A stretch of 64,000 bases of DNA from a virus (lineage: Duplodnaviria > Caudoviricetes), in the IMG/VR virus record IMGVR_UViG_3300033066_001466, positions 10,720 through 74,719 of that record; one strand, written 5' to 3'. The notes under the pieces were generated by a model that saw only the letters and a program-made list of their open reading frames with translations, was not told where the DNA came from and made no database searches. This document shows, one piece after another, positions 46,989 to 55,047 of the stretch (within the stretch, counting starts at the first letter, position 1; the number at the start of each line of letters is the position of its first letter). The translations under genes and the position numbers were made by a program.

Positions 46989-47198
46989 TTATTTTATAAA
47001 AAAGCCTACGCCGAAAAATATTAGCAGCCAAAAAAGTGTAGATATTAAACCATAAGTCATTTGAATTAAGAATCCTATTCCCATAGTTACATCACTTCCT
47101 TGGCCCATATTCATATTATAGATATATATGGAGGATAATAGCCATCCTACCAAACAAACTAGACTAAGAATTAACATAAAACCTCCAATTTTGCCCAC
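46989..47198 (-). CDS. small two-TM membrane protein (accessory)
   Basis: Highly hydrophobic; SD GGAGG before the internal ATG (MLILS). Confidence 0.6.
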   Translation of the reverse strand: MGKIGGFMLILSLVCLVGWLLSSIYIYNMNMGQGSDVTMGIGFLIQMTYGLISTLFWLLIFFGVGFFIK

Positions 47199-47223
47199 TA
47201 TATTAATTTTTTGTATAATGCAT

Positions 47224-47244
47224 TAAGCCTAACGGCGATTGAGT
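47224..47244 (-). repeat. dispersed 21-bp repeat ACTCAATCGCCGTTAGGCTTA
   Basis: Abuts the stop codon at 47245; forms an AGCCTAA/TTAGGCT hairpin with the gene end. Confidence 0.8.
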
Positions 47245-47772
47245 TTAGGCTATTTGCTCCCACCAACAATTAAAATATCGCCCCTGAGCTATACTGTTTT
47301 TATCGCGAGGATACGACGCAAGTCTAAACTTCATAGGAACTACTGACGAAACTGGCATATCAAAAACCGCATATTCGGCCTTAATAACATTTAAAAAATC
47401 TTTCATATAACCGCGAGAATACACATACTGAAGTTCTTTTTTAAATTCTACCCCGATATTAGCATCTTTTTTGAATCGTTCTGAGACATTCTGTGGATTA
47501 AAAGTGCATAAAAGTTGAACATTTCCAGTTGTATGAATTTGAATAAATGAAGTGCCAGAACCAGCCAGAAAATCATTTTGAGACTCAAACGCTGTACTTC
47601 CATCCGACAAAAAGTTATTTCCCATATTACCAGGACCAATTGGAGCATCTGAACCTGAAATATAAGTTGGATAATATAACGTTACATTTTTAGCAAAATT
47701 ATCTATCATGAAATCTTGGCCAGAAATGAAGAAAGAATTAGCTCTGGCCACATTAGGGAAAATTAAAGCCAT
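47245..47772 (-). CDS. putative head-closure protein
   Basis: Position after the adaptor; RYFNCWW C-terminus. Confidence 0.45.
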   Translation of the reverse strand: MALIFPNVARANSFFISGQDFMIDNFAKNVTLYYPTYISGSDAPIGPGNMGNNFLSDGSTAFESQNDFLAGSGTSFIQIHTTGNVQLLCTFNPQNVSERFKKDANIGVEFKKELQYVYSRGYMKDFLNVIKAEYAVFDMPVSSVVPMKFRLASYPRDKNSIAQGRYFNCWWEQIA

Positions 47773-48305
47773 TAATATGTACTCCTTCCACCTCTACATA
47801 CTCCTCTACCATTTCCAAGATTAGTAGACCATCTATCTCCAAAAGCTGGAAAAGGACTAACAATAGCTTTACCAAAAATCCCATTACCTGATTCAAAATC
47901 AGTTTTGGCTTTTGTATAAGCAACGCACCAATTAATTTTAAGGGCTTCAATCTTACTAGCCCCAACGTCGCCAATCTTCATCGTAAAACCGTTATCGGTT
48001 AATTGCTGGATATCTTGTGAAGTAAGTTTGCTTACATCTGACCGCTCAATGAGACAGGCTGTCTTCAGAGCCGCCAAAGTCATGAAATCCTTATCTGCTG
48101 GGGCTGTAGCTGGGTCAGGCGTTATGGTCATTCCTACGATGTCTGCGGTATAGTCTACCGAGAAGTCCACCTCAAGTTGCATAAGATTAATAGCAGTAAT
48201 TATTTTTAATTGAAGGTCAGCATCACAAAAGGTGTAATCTGTAGGGTCAGTATCACCTGTCATGTTACGAACTAATGGGATTATATACTCGAATGCATCA
48301 GCCAT
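47772..48305 (-). CDS. putative head-tail adaptor
   Basis: First gene after the capsid; LVRNMTGD..YTFCDADL helical pattern. Confidence 0.5.
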   Translation of the reverse strand: MADAFEYIIPLVRNMTGDTDPTDYTFCDADLQLKIITAINLMQLEVDFSVDYTADIVGMTITPDPATAPADKDFMTLAALKTACLIERSDVSKLTSQDIQQLTDNGFTMKIGDVGASKIEALKINWCVAYTKAKTDFESGNGIFGKAIVSPFPAFGDRWSTNLGNGRGVCRGGRSTY

Positions 48306-48360
48306 TTTTAAACCTCTGGGTGTACATTAAGTATATTACCCGCGAACTATATAGAAACGA

Positions 48361-48383
48361 AAAAAGCCATCCGAAGATGGCTT
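48361..48383 (-). terminator. intrinsic terminator after the capsid gene
   Basis: AAGCCATC-TTCG-GATGGCTT then T tract (C-UUCG-G loop). Confidence 0.85.
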
Positions 48384-48403
48384 ATTAAGGTAACAATAAT
48401 TAC

Positions 48404-49408
48404 TTACAAACTGCCACCAAGTGCTCGCCTCGAATCCAAGACAGCAAACCCTTGCATGCTGCTACACCATACACCCTGTAGTCTCATACGTTCTTGGTCG
48501 TCAAACCGAACAGTAGCTTTTTCATTTACAGGCATTACGAAGGAGTCTTCAGCACTTAGGTCTAGACCAATTACTAGTTCTGAATCACCAGAAGCTAGTA
48601 AACCACCAAGGTTATTTAGGTAGTAGTCATTATATTCTTGGCCAACACCAAGTTCAAACAAGCCATGAAGAGCACAACCATAGATATCGCGTAGACCTTC
48701 ATCACTATTATAGATTTGGGTACGAATAGCATCAGGAATTAAATCAAGACCCCAGTTACGAACGTCTTCAAGACTTTCTAGGCTAAGGAACAAGTCAGTC
48801 ATGGTGCGATTATTAGTCACACTATTACCACCTGCATTACGTTTCATAACCAATTTCATAACGCTTACTAGACGTTTGGTGAACTGATTAGCAGAAGCAG
48901 TAGCATCATAAGCGATAATACCACGGTCAACGATAGCCATTAAGAGAGCGTGAAAAGCATCATCGTTTAGTTTCTTAACCATCATCTGTTCAAGACGGCT
49001 TTGGGCCTTACGTAGGAACTGAGGCCCAGCAACCTGTGGCATTCGGCGGTTCCAATCTAGGGAAGCACCAATTTCATAGGTAGGAACTTCGATATAATCA
49101 GCATATACAATCTTGCGAGGTAGTTCGCCTTGAGCAGGAATAGTATAGGCTACATAATCAGCTTCAGTACCAGGGACAACCCAGTCAAGCATATACATAG
49201 GCTTTACATTCATAGGATAGTCTTCGGATGTGAAGATATCACTATAAACATTACCACTTAGTAGAGTTTGGCGAAGGGGTTCCTGTAAAGCTTCAGCGTA
49301 GAAACTACGAGCTTGTTCAGCAACTGCCTTGTCTGGGCTAATAGTGTCCCGGAATGCCTGATAAGCTTCAGGGCTAATTTCTGTACGCTTTACTTTAGTT
49401 CGTGCCAT
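48404..49408 (-). CDS. major capsid protein (HK97-like, inferred)
   Basis: 334 aa after protease/scaffold and decoration genes, followed by a strong terminator; biased codon usage. Confidence 0.75.
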   Translation of the reverse strand: MARTKVKRTEISPEAYQAFRDTISPDKAVAEQARSFYAEALQEPLRQTLLSGNVYSDIFTSEDYPMNVKPMYMLDWVVPGTEADYVAYTIPAQGELPRKIVYADYIEVPTYEIGASLDWNRRMPQVAGPQFLRKAQSRLEQMMVKKLNDDAFHALLMAIVDRGIIAYDATASANQFTKRLVSVMKLVMKRNAGGNSVTNNRTMTDLFLSLESLEDVRNWGLDLIPDAIRTQIYNSDEGLRDIYGCALHGLFELGVGQEYNDYYLNNLGGLLASGDSELVIGLDLSAEDSFVMPVNEKATVRFDDQERMRLQGVWCSSMQGFAVLDSRRALGGSL

Positions 49409-49452
49409 TATTGAACACTCCTGATACTTTCAAAGTTTAATTAATTAGATTA

Positions 49453-49911
49453 TTATAGAGAGTCGATTGCAACGGTAGCAAAACCATTACCATCTTTAGC
49501 AGTTAGGAAACGACCAACTTGGGCATAACCTAATAGCTGAGTAGGAGACATATAGCCACCAGAGTGAATATAAGCTGGATTACCGGCTGTTGGAGTGCCA
49601 GAAATATAATTGGTGTTTACCCAACCGTGCTTGATAATCGAAATCTTAGAGCCAGTCTGAGCTTCGTTAGGATTAAAAGGATTCAACTTCTGACGGGTTA
49701 GGTCATAATTCTGAACCTTCGTTTCGCAAATACCTAGAGGAATAGCACCAGAAGCACTAGAGCCAACATAGGCATAACGATTAGCGTGCTCTAAAGCAGC
49801 ACCAGAATAAGTTCCAGTTGCAGCGATTACACACTGACCATCGTCAATAGTGCCAGAACTGAAATATGTGATGTGACGTTCGCAGCTATAATCGGTGTTC
49901 TTAATAGCCAT
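49453..49911 (-). CDS. capsid decoration / cement protein
   Basis: 152 aa, between scaffold and capsid; TPTAG..AY motif. Confidence 0.55.
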   Translation of the reverse strand: MAIKNTDYSCERHITYFSSGTIDDGQCVIAATGTYSGAALEHANRYAYVGSSASGAIPLGICETKVQNYDLTRQKLNPFNPNEAQTGSKISIIKHGWVNTNYISGTPTAGNPAYIHSGGYMSPTQLLGYAQVGRFLTAKDGNGFATVAIDSL

Positions 49912-50564
49912 TAGTTAGTCTCCGTGTTCTTGACCTTAGCGAAAACGCTTTTTACAGCATTGAGTTTAGTTTTGTTTTTGTTTTCAACTTCAACATTAGC
50001 GACAACAAGAGTCTTTTCAGATTTCTTGGCATCTTCTAATTTCTTAGCGGCTTCAGCTTTGTTTTGGTCTTCAACATCTTTAGCAGCCTTAGCTAGTTCA
50101 GCCTTTTGAGCTTCAGTAGTTTTATCTTTGGAGGCAGCGAAAGCCTTAGTATTATCTAGCCAAGCCTTGAAATTTTCGTCGGTTAGAGCAGCAACCACAA
50201 TGTAGTTCTTTTCTGCATCTGTATTGTCCATACCAAGGTTTTCCTTGATTAGACCAACTCGTTCAAGCTTTAGTTTTTCGGCTTTTGCTACGCTCAAATC
50301 TTTTTCAGTAGAAGCTACTTTAGTATTTGCTTCAGCTAAACTTTTGTTTGATTCGGCAAGCTTTTGCTCAAGAGCAACCTTTTCGTCAGTTACTTTCTTG
50401 ATAGATTCATTAGCGGAAGCTAGTTCAGCCTTAACTTTATCTGATTCAGTTTTAGCTGTTTCAACTTCGGTCTTAGTTTTAGCAAGCTCATCGGCAATTT
50501 TCTTTGCCTCAACAAGCTGCCCTTCTAGTTCCGTAATTTTTGCTTGTGCTTCTTCGAGTTTCAT
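49911..50564 (-). CDS. nested in-frame scaffolding protein (internal start)
   Basis: ATG 50564 with SD GGAG 8 nt upstream and CGGCGTATA at 50591-50599. Confidence 0.6.
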   Translation of the reverse strand: MKLEEAQAKITELEGQLVEAKKIADELAKTKTEVETAKTESDKVKAELASANESIKKVTDEKVALEQKLAESNKSLAEANTKVASTEKDLSVAKAEKLKLERVGLIKENLGMDNTDAEKNYIVVAALTDENFKAWLDNTKAFAASKDKTTEAQKAELAKAAKDVEDQNKAEAAKKLEDAKKSEKTLVVANVEVENKNKTKLNAVKSVFAKVKNTETN

Positions 50565-51440
50565 AATTTCTTCTCCGTTTACAATAGGTATATACGCCGA
50601 ATTAATTTCGGTTTCAAAAATATCTTCACTTTTTACATAATTTTGTGAAGCAAAAGCTAACGAATCTTTACTAAAAATAACAGAAGCTGGATTAGCAGGG
50701 TCATCAGTGATACCTTTACCCGTGAATACAATATCACGCATTAGCATACCAATTTTAGCCCCTTGATATTCTCCGCTTCCTTTAAAAGCTCGTAATTTTT
50801 TGGTTAAAAATGAACTCTTTGCATCTCTTTTAATAATTTCTTGTTTGCCATCAGCTTTCATAACCGCATAGTCAAAATCAGAAAAAATACATTCCATACT
50901 AACGCATAGTTCACCATCAATAATTTTATCATATACTTTTTGTATAGATGCTGAATATTCTTCGTTTAGCTTCTGATATGCTTTAATATTGTATTTATAA
51001 AAACTGTCTACTGTAAGCAAATGAAAAATATCTGGTATGTCCATATTGGGCTTACCATCAATTTCACTAGGAATTAAAGCAGGAGTTTCTTCGTCTGTGA
51101 TTGCAAATACACGATTTGTATGGCCAACTACTTTATCTGGCTTATGGTCAAGATTTGCTGGTTTATTAAGAGGAGTATATTTTGCTTTCCAAACTTCAAA
51201 TTTATCAAATACTTGGTCATTCTTATTCCAAACACCAGCCGTTACTAAAATGGCCGGATATTCATATAAAAAGTCGTCCTCAATTAATTTACCAACTACT
51301 CCGCTAACATTTTTTACCTTACCAACATAATTCTTGTTTGTGGCAAGTATTACTGGGATATTATAGGTAATGGATAAATTGGCCCCAAAATACTGTTCGA
51401 GACCATCGTCTATCTCAGTTTGATAGATAATAGGTTTCAT
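49911..51440 (-). CDS. prohead protease fused to coiled-coil scaffold
   Basis: NLDH..VVGH, VSMEC, DPANPAS, then about 215 aa of Ala/Lys/Glu coiled coil. Confidence 0.75.
   Translation of the reverse strand: MKPIIYQTEIDDGLEQYFGANLSITYNIPVILATNKNYVGKVKNVSGVVGKLIEDDFLYEYPAILVTAGVWNKNDQVFDKFEVWKAKYTPLNKPANLDHKPDKVVGHTNRVFAITDEETPALIPSEIDGKPNMDIPDIFHLLTVDSFYKYNIKAYQKLNEEYSASIQKVYDKIIDGELCVSMECIFSDFDYAVMKADGKQEIIKRDAKSSFLTKKLRAFKGSGEYQGAKIGMLMRDIVFTGKGITDDPANPASVIFSKDSLAFASQNYVKSEDIFETEINSAYIPIVNGEEIMKLEEAQAKITELEGQLVEAKKIADELAKTKTEVETAKTESDKVKAELASANESIKKVTDEKVALEQKLAESNKSLAEANTKVASTEKDLSVAKAEKLKLERVGLIKENLGMDNTDAEKNYIVVAALTDENFKAWLDNTKAFAASKDKTTEAQKAELAKAAKDVEDQNKAEAAKKLEDAKKSEKTLVVANVEVENKNKTKLNAVKSVFAKVKNTETN
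50591..50599 (-). promoter_or_regulatory. internal putative late promoter CGGCGTATA
   Basis: Exact motif 26 nt before the internal ATG. Confidence 0.6.
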
Positions 51441-51700
51441 TATTTAATCTTTTTAAATAAATCTTGAACCGGATTACTATTTTTATTTTTTGATGCATAA
51501 CAGCACCATGTTTGGGTATTTACTATACCAGTATCATCTATCGTTTGTCGCATAATATTTAAGTCGTATTCTTCCTCATTTGGAGAACACTTACACAATG
51601 AAACGTTACTTATATTTGGAACTTCTTTTCCATCCATAAGGATTTGTGCAGTTTTTTCTTCTGAATCGTAAGCAATTATAATTCTCATTGAATTAATCAT
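51440..51700 (-). CDS. hypothetical protein
   Basis: 86 aa, coupled to the protease gene. Confidence 0.6.
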   Translation of the reverse strand: MINSMRIIIAYDSEEKTAQILMDGKEVPNISNVSLCKCSPNEEEYDLNIMRQTIDDTGIVNTQTWCCYASKNKNSNPVQDLFKKIK

Positions 51701-51731
51701 CCTTATCTAACTATAGGTTTTCTAGTAAGAA

Positions 51732-51740
51732 TATACACCG
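51732..51740 (-). promoter_or_regulatory. putative late promoter CGGTGTATA (head operon)
   Basis: Intergenic. Confidence 0.7.
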
Positions 51741-51742
51741 AA

Positions 51743-51900
51743 ACCTAAAATCGAAGAACGGCGTGATTACTTCTTCAAATAAATTTGAAAACTTTTAGGC
51801 CTTCGCCAAAGACTGTAATCCCAGTCTCATAATATTTATACTTGCGTTCAAGTCTCTATTGATTGAGAGTCCACAATTACATTGATAAAGCAATTGCTTT
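51743..51900 (-). ncRNA. TnpB omega RNA, 3' part plus guide (5' end undetermined)
   Basis: Terminal hairpin TTCAAAT-TT-ATTTGAA, end AAGTAATCAC at 51763, predicted guide GCCGTTCTTCGATTTTAGGT. Confidence 0.5.
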
Positions 51901-52923
51901 AATGGAATTTCATTTAAAACACCACATCTTGAACAAGTTTTCGATGTATTTTGAGGCTCTACAAGTACAACTGTTTTGCCAGCACTTTCAGCCTTGCAAA
52001 CTGTTTTCTGTACTAATCTACCCCAACACGCATCTTCAATAGCTTTATTGATTTGACGAATTTCTTCTTTGGTCATCGTCTTTTTTTCTAATTTTTCAAA
52101 ACAAATAATATCATATTTTTTAACTAGCTCTAAAGATTGTTTATTTGTAAAATCTTCCCTAGAGTTCACCATTTTTTCGTAGACCAAACTAAGGGAGTGT
52201 CGATTTTTCTCTGTTTTATTATTAGAATATCGTCTTGAAAGTTTTTCAATAGATTTACCGAATTTCTTGATAAATCTAGGATTTTCAATAGTCTTTTTAT
52301 TAGAAAGAGTAGCTAAAACTCTAATCCCTAAATCTACACCAATCGTCTTATGAGTTTTCTTAATCTTTTTATTTACAGAAGAATCAGTTGTAATACAAAC
52401 AAAAAATTTATTAGATGAATTTTTAATAATAGAGAGCGACTTAACTTTTCCTAATAATAATTTATGAAATTTACATTTAATGTTTCCAATTTTGGAAAAG
52501 TCTATATGACCTTTACCTATTTTGAGTCCACCATTTATTTTATAGCCTAACTGTGTATATTTAAGAGACCTTAAACGGCCACTACCTTTAAATCGTGGAT
52601 ATTTGCTATGTTTAGCAAAAAACAAACTAAAAGCACAATCTACTTGCTCCTGTGTTTTTTGAGCAACTTGAGCATATGGTTCCTTAAACAATGGATTTTC
52701 TTGTTTCCAAAAGGTAAGCATCCTATTAAGAGTAAATAACGTAAGATTTATTTTAGCTTCTTTATAAGCGTTTATTTTAACTTCTAATGTTTTATTGTAG
52801 ATTTGTCTACAAATTTCCAAGTGATTAGCAATAATTTTTGCTTGTTTTTTTGTAGGATACAATCTATACTTATAAGATATCATACTAATATTATACGCCA
52901 CAGTGTATACGAAAAAATCTATA
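51763..52923 (-). mobile_element. non-autonomous IS200/IS605-family (IS1341-like) element, tnpB only
   Basis: Right end ...TCAC with hairpin; no tnpA; left end short and uncertain. Confidence 0.65.
51795..52901 (-). CDS. tnpB: RNA-guided endonuclease TnpB (start probably ATG 52883)
   Basis: YKYRLYPT HTH, GVDLGI, CFEKL, CSRCG..CNCG, RDLNASINI; D-E-D triad intact. Confidence 0.92.
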   Translation of the reverse strand: MAYNISMISYKYRLYPTKKQAKIIANHLEICRQIYNKTLEVKINAYKEAKINLTLFTLNRMLTFWKQENPLFKEPYAQVAQKTQEQVDCAFSLFFAKHSKYPRFKGSGRLRSLKYTQLGYKINGGLKIGKGHIDFSKIGNIKCKFHKLLLGKVKSLSIIKNSSNKFFVCITTDSSVNKKIKKTHKTIGVDLGIRVLATLSNKKTIENPRFIKKFGKSIEKLSRRYSNNKTEKNRHSLSLVYEKMVNSREDFTNKQSLELVKKYDIICFEKLEKKTMTKEEIRQINKAIEDACWGRLVQKTVCKAESAGKTVVLVEPQNTSKTCSRCGVLNEIPLKQLLYQCNCGLSINRDLNASINIMRLGLQSLAKA

Positions 52924-52928
52924 ATTGA

Positions 52929-54995
52929 TTAATTTTCGTATTTTTCTGTACAAATATCTCTTTGAAGCATTCTTTGCTCTTCAATGTTAGGCATTCTATT
53001 AAAATGAGTTACAGCCAAAGCAAATAATTCGCTGTATCTATTAGAGACTTCTTCGGGTAAAGTATGAGAAAGACCATTTAGATTAAGTTCTTCTATCTTT
53101 TCGCCGAATTTTGCATTATAGAGATAGCCAAAAACTTCTTTTTCTAGGTCTTCTGTGGCCGCAGTTGATAATTGACGGTAATTCTTTTTGCCCGAATTTT
53201 GCAAATATTTAGCCAATACTAATTCATGTATCTTTGATTGGGCGTTTGTATACCATAGATTAGCCATAGCTGAACGAGGCTTAACTGTACGCTTTTTTCG
53301 GCCATTACTATCTTTAGAGTTTTTAGGGCGACCTTGTCCGGGTTGACCTTTAGGCCTTTTGGCGGGAGCAGCTTTAGGTGAAGGACTAACAATCTTCATA
53401 ATTTGCTTGTCAGTCATTGAACTATCTACCCCAACATCGCTAGGTTTTACTATACCTTTGGTTAAAGCAATTTTATTTAGCTCAGCTTGATTATTTTGAT
53501 GGAATGGACCAGCTTTTGGTGGAATATCATTCTTGGCATTTTGTTGTCGATTTTGTTTCTTAACTCTGTAAGCCTCAATTTCTGGACTAGTATTAAATAA
53601 TCTACGAACTTCTTTTTCGGAAATAACGTTTCTATCACATAAATCACGAACTAAAGCCATCATCTGAGACTTATCAGTAATTGATATTTCGTCAAAAAAT
53701 GTTTCTGGTGGAACTCCAGGAAAACCCATAGCTTTATGAACTAATTTAAATTCTCCATTCCAAAAATCTTTAAGAATATTTCTTACATAATTCAATCGTT
53801 CGACCATTGTCTTTAGGCCAAAATAACTATTATTAAAACCACCATTGTCGTCTACGGTTCGAGGAACTCCTAACCCCTGATAAATAGCATTTAGTGGGGC
53901 ACGATACTTATCATTGTTAAGAAATTGCCATGCATCCTTAGAAAGTTCCTCTACGGAGATTGCTGCGTTCCAAATTACATCAGCAACGCCTCCGCTAGGA
54001 ATAGCTCCAAGAATATCAACCAGTTTTTCATAAGCTCCTTCGTCTGGAAAAATAGAAAATTCTTTATCTAGGTAGCCAATTTTCCATAAACGAATTCTAG
54101 ACGCAATACTATCTAAAGTAGTTTTGTCGGCCAGCCTTGTTTTATCATAATGAATAAGGTCATCAAAAATTGAAGCATGAACTGGTTCACCCCAAACTTC
54201 AAAATCATCCTTTTTATAATGATAAATAGAGGTATGGTATGGGTCTAATGGAATTTTATTATCGCCCGCACGTAAGGCTTTAGCAATATCGGGAGGAAAT
54301 TCTTTTATAAATTCTTCTCGTTGTTTTTTTGTCATCTTCTGAGCCATTTTTATTAATTCTTCAGGCATATCTACATAATAATTTAATTTGCCCAAAAATA
54401 AAGATATTCGCTCATTCGGCATAGTGATAGAAAGAGGATTTAAAAAGCTATATCCAATTGGAATTTCTGATTTTACATATTCTACTTCGGGAAAATCTTG
54501 GTCAGCAGCAAGACCTAAATTAATTTCTTTTAGTTGTTTTTTGGTAACTTTTGTAAAACTACGATGAATTGGAGTTACGCCCGCTTTGAATAAAAGTCTA
54601 GAAAACTGCTCATTTACTTGATAAGAACCCACTTTTTGAAGCCAATTCTTATAAAAATCTTCAATTATTTCACTTTTATGAGGCACTACCATACCATTTG
54701 CGGCGAATTCTGCCATCGTATCAAACGTGTTTTTAACGATAGGATTTGTCTTATAGTAACACATTCCCATCGCCATTAAACCTTTTGGCGTGGTTGGAAG
54801 TTGTTCTGACGGTCTGAACTGATAATAGGAATTTTCTGTAGATGTATTACGGACAGAAATATCAGAAACAATATTCCTATACTGCATAAAATCAGCTTGT
54901 GCGCGATTTCCTCTAAAAACTGGATTAGGAGTATTTTTTACGCTAGCATTTGCAAGCAGTTGTAAGTCTTTTTGCTTAGGTGCAATTTTGGGCAT
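52929..54995 (-). CDS. portal protein
   Basis: 688 aa directly after TerL; YYKTNPIV, FLNP, HYKKDDFEVWGEP pattern. Confidence 0.75.
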   Translation of the reverse strand: MPKIAPKQKDLQLLANASVKNTPNPVFRGNRAQADFMQYRNIVSDISVRNTSTENSYYQFRPSEQLPTTPKGLMAMGMCYYKTNPIVKNTFDTMAEFAANGMVVPHKSEIIEDFYKNWLQKVGSYQVNEQFSRLLFKAGVTPIHRSFTKVTKKQLKEINLGLAADQDFPEVEYVKSEIPIGYSFLNPLSITMPNERISLFLGKLNYYVDMPEELIKMAQKMTKKQREEFIKEFPPDIAKALRAGDNKIPLDPYHTSIYHYKKDDFEVWGEPVHASIFDDLIHYDKTRLADKTTLDSIASRIRLWKIGYLDKEFSIFPDEGAYEKLVDILGAIPSGGVADVIWNAAISVEELSKDAWQFLNNDKYRAPLNAIYQGLGVPRTVDDNGGFNNSYFGLKTMVERLNYVRNILKDFWNGEFKLVHKAMGFPGVPPETFFDEISITDKSQMMALVRDLCDRNVISEKEVRRLFNTSPEIEAYRVKKQNRQQNAKNDIPPKAGPFHQNNQAELNKIALTKGIVKPSDVGVDSSMTDKQIMKIVSPSPKAAPAKRPKGQPGQGRPKNSKDSNGRKKRTVKPRSAMANLWYTNAQSKIHELVLAKYLQNSGKKNYRQLSTAATEDLEKEVFGYLYNAKFGEKIEELNLNGLSHTLPEEVSNRYSELFALAVTHFNRMPNIEEQRMLQRDICTEKYEN

Positions 54996-55030
54996 TTTCT
55001 AATTCCTTTACATTTCAATCTCATAAAGAA

Positions 55031-55039
55031 TATACTCCG
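55031..55039 (-). promoter_or_regulatory. putative late promoter CGGAGTATA (portal)
   Basis: Intergenic. Confidence 0.7.
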
Positions 55040-55047
55040 ACCTAACT

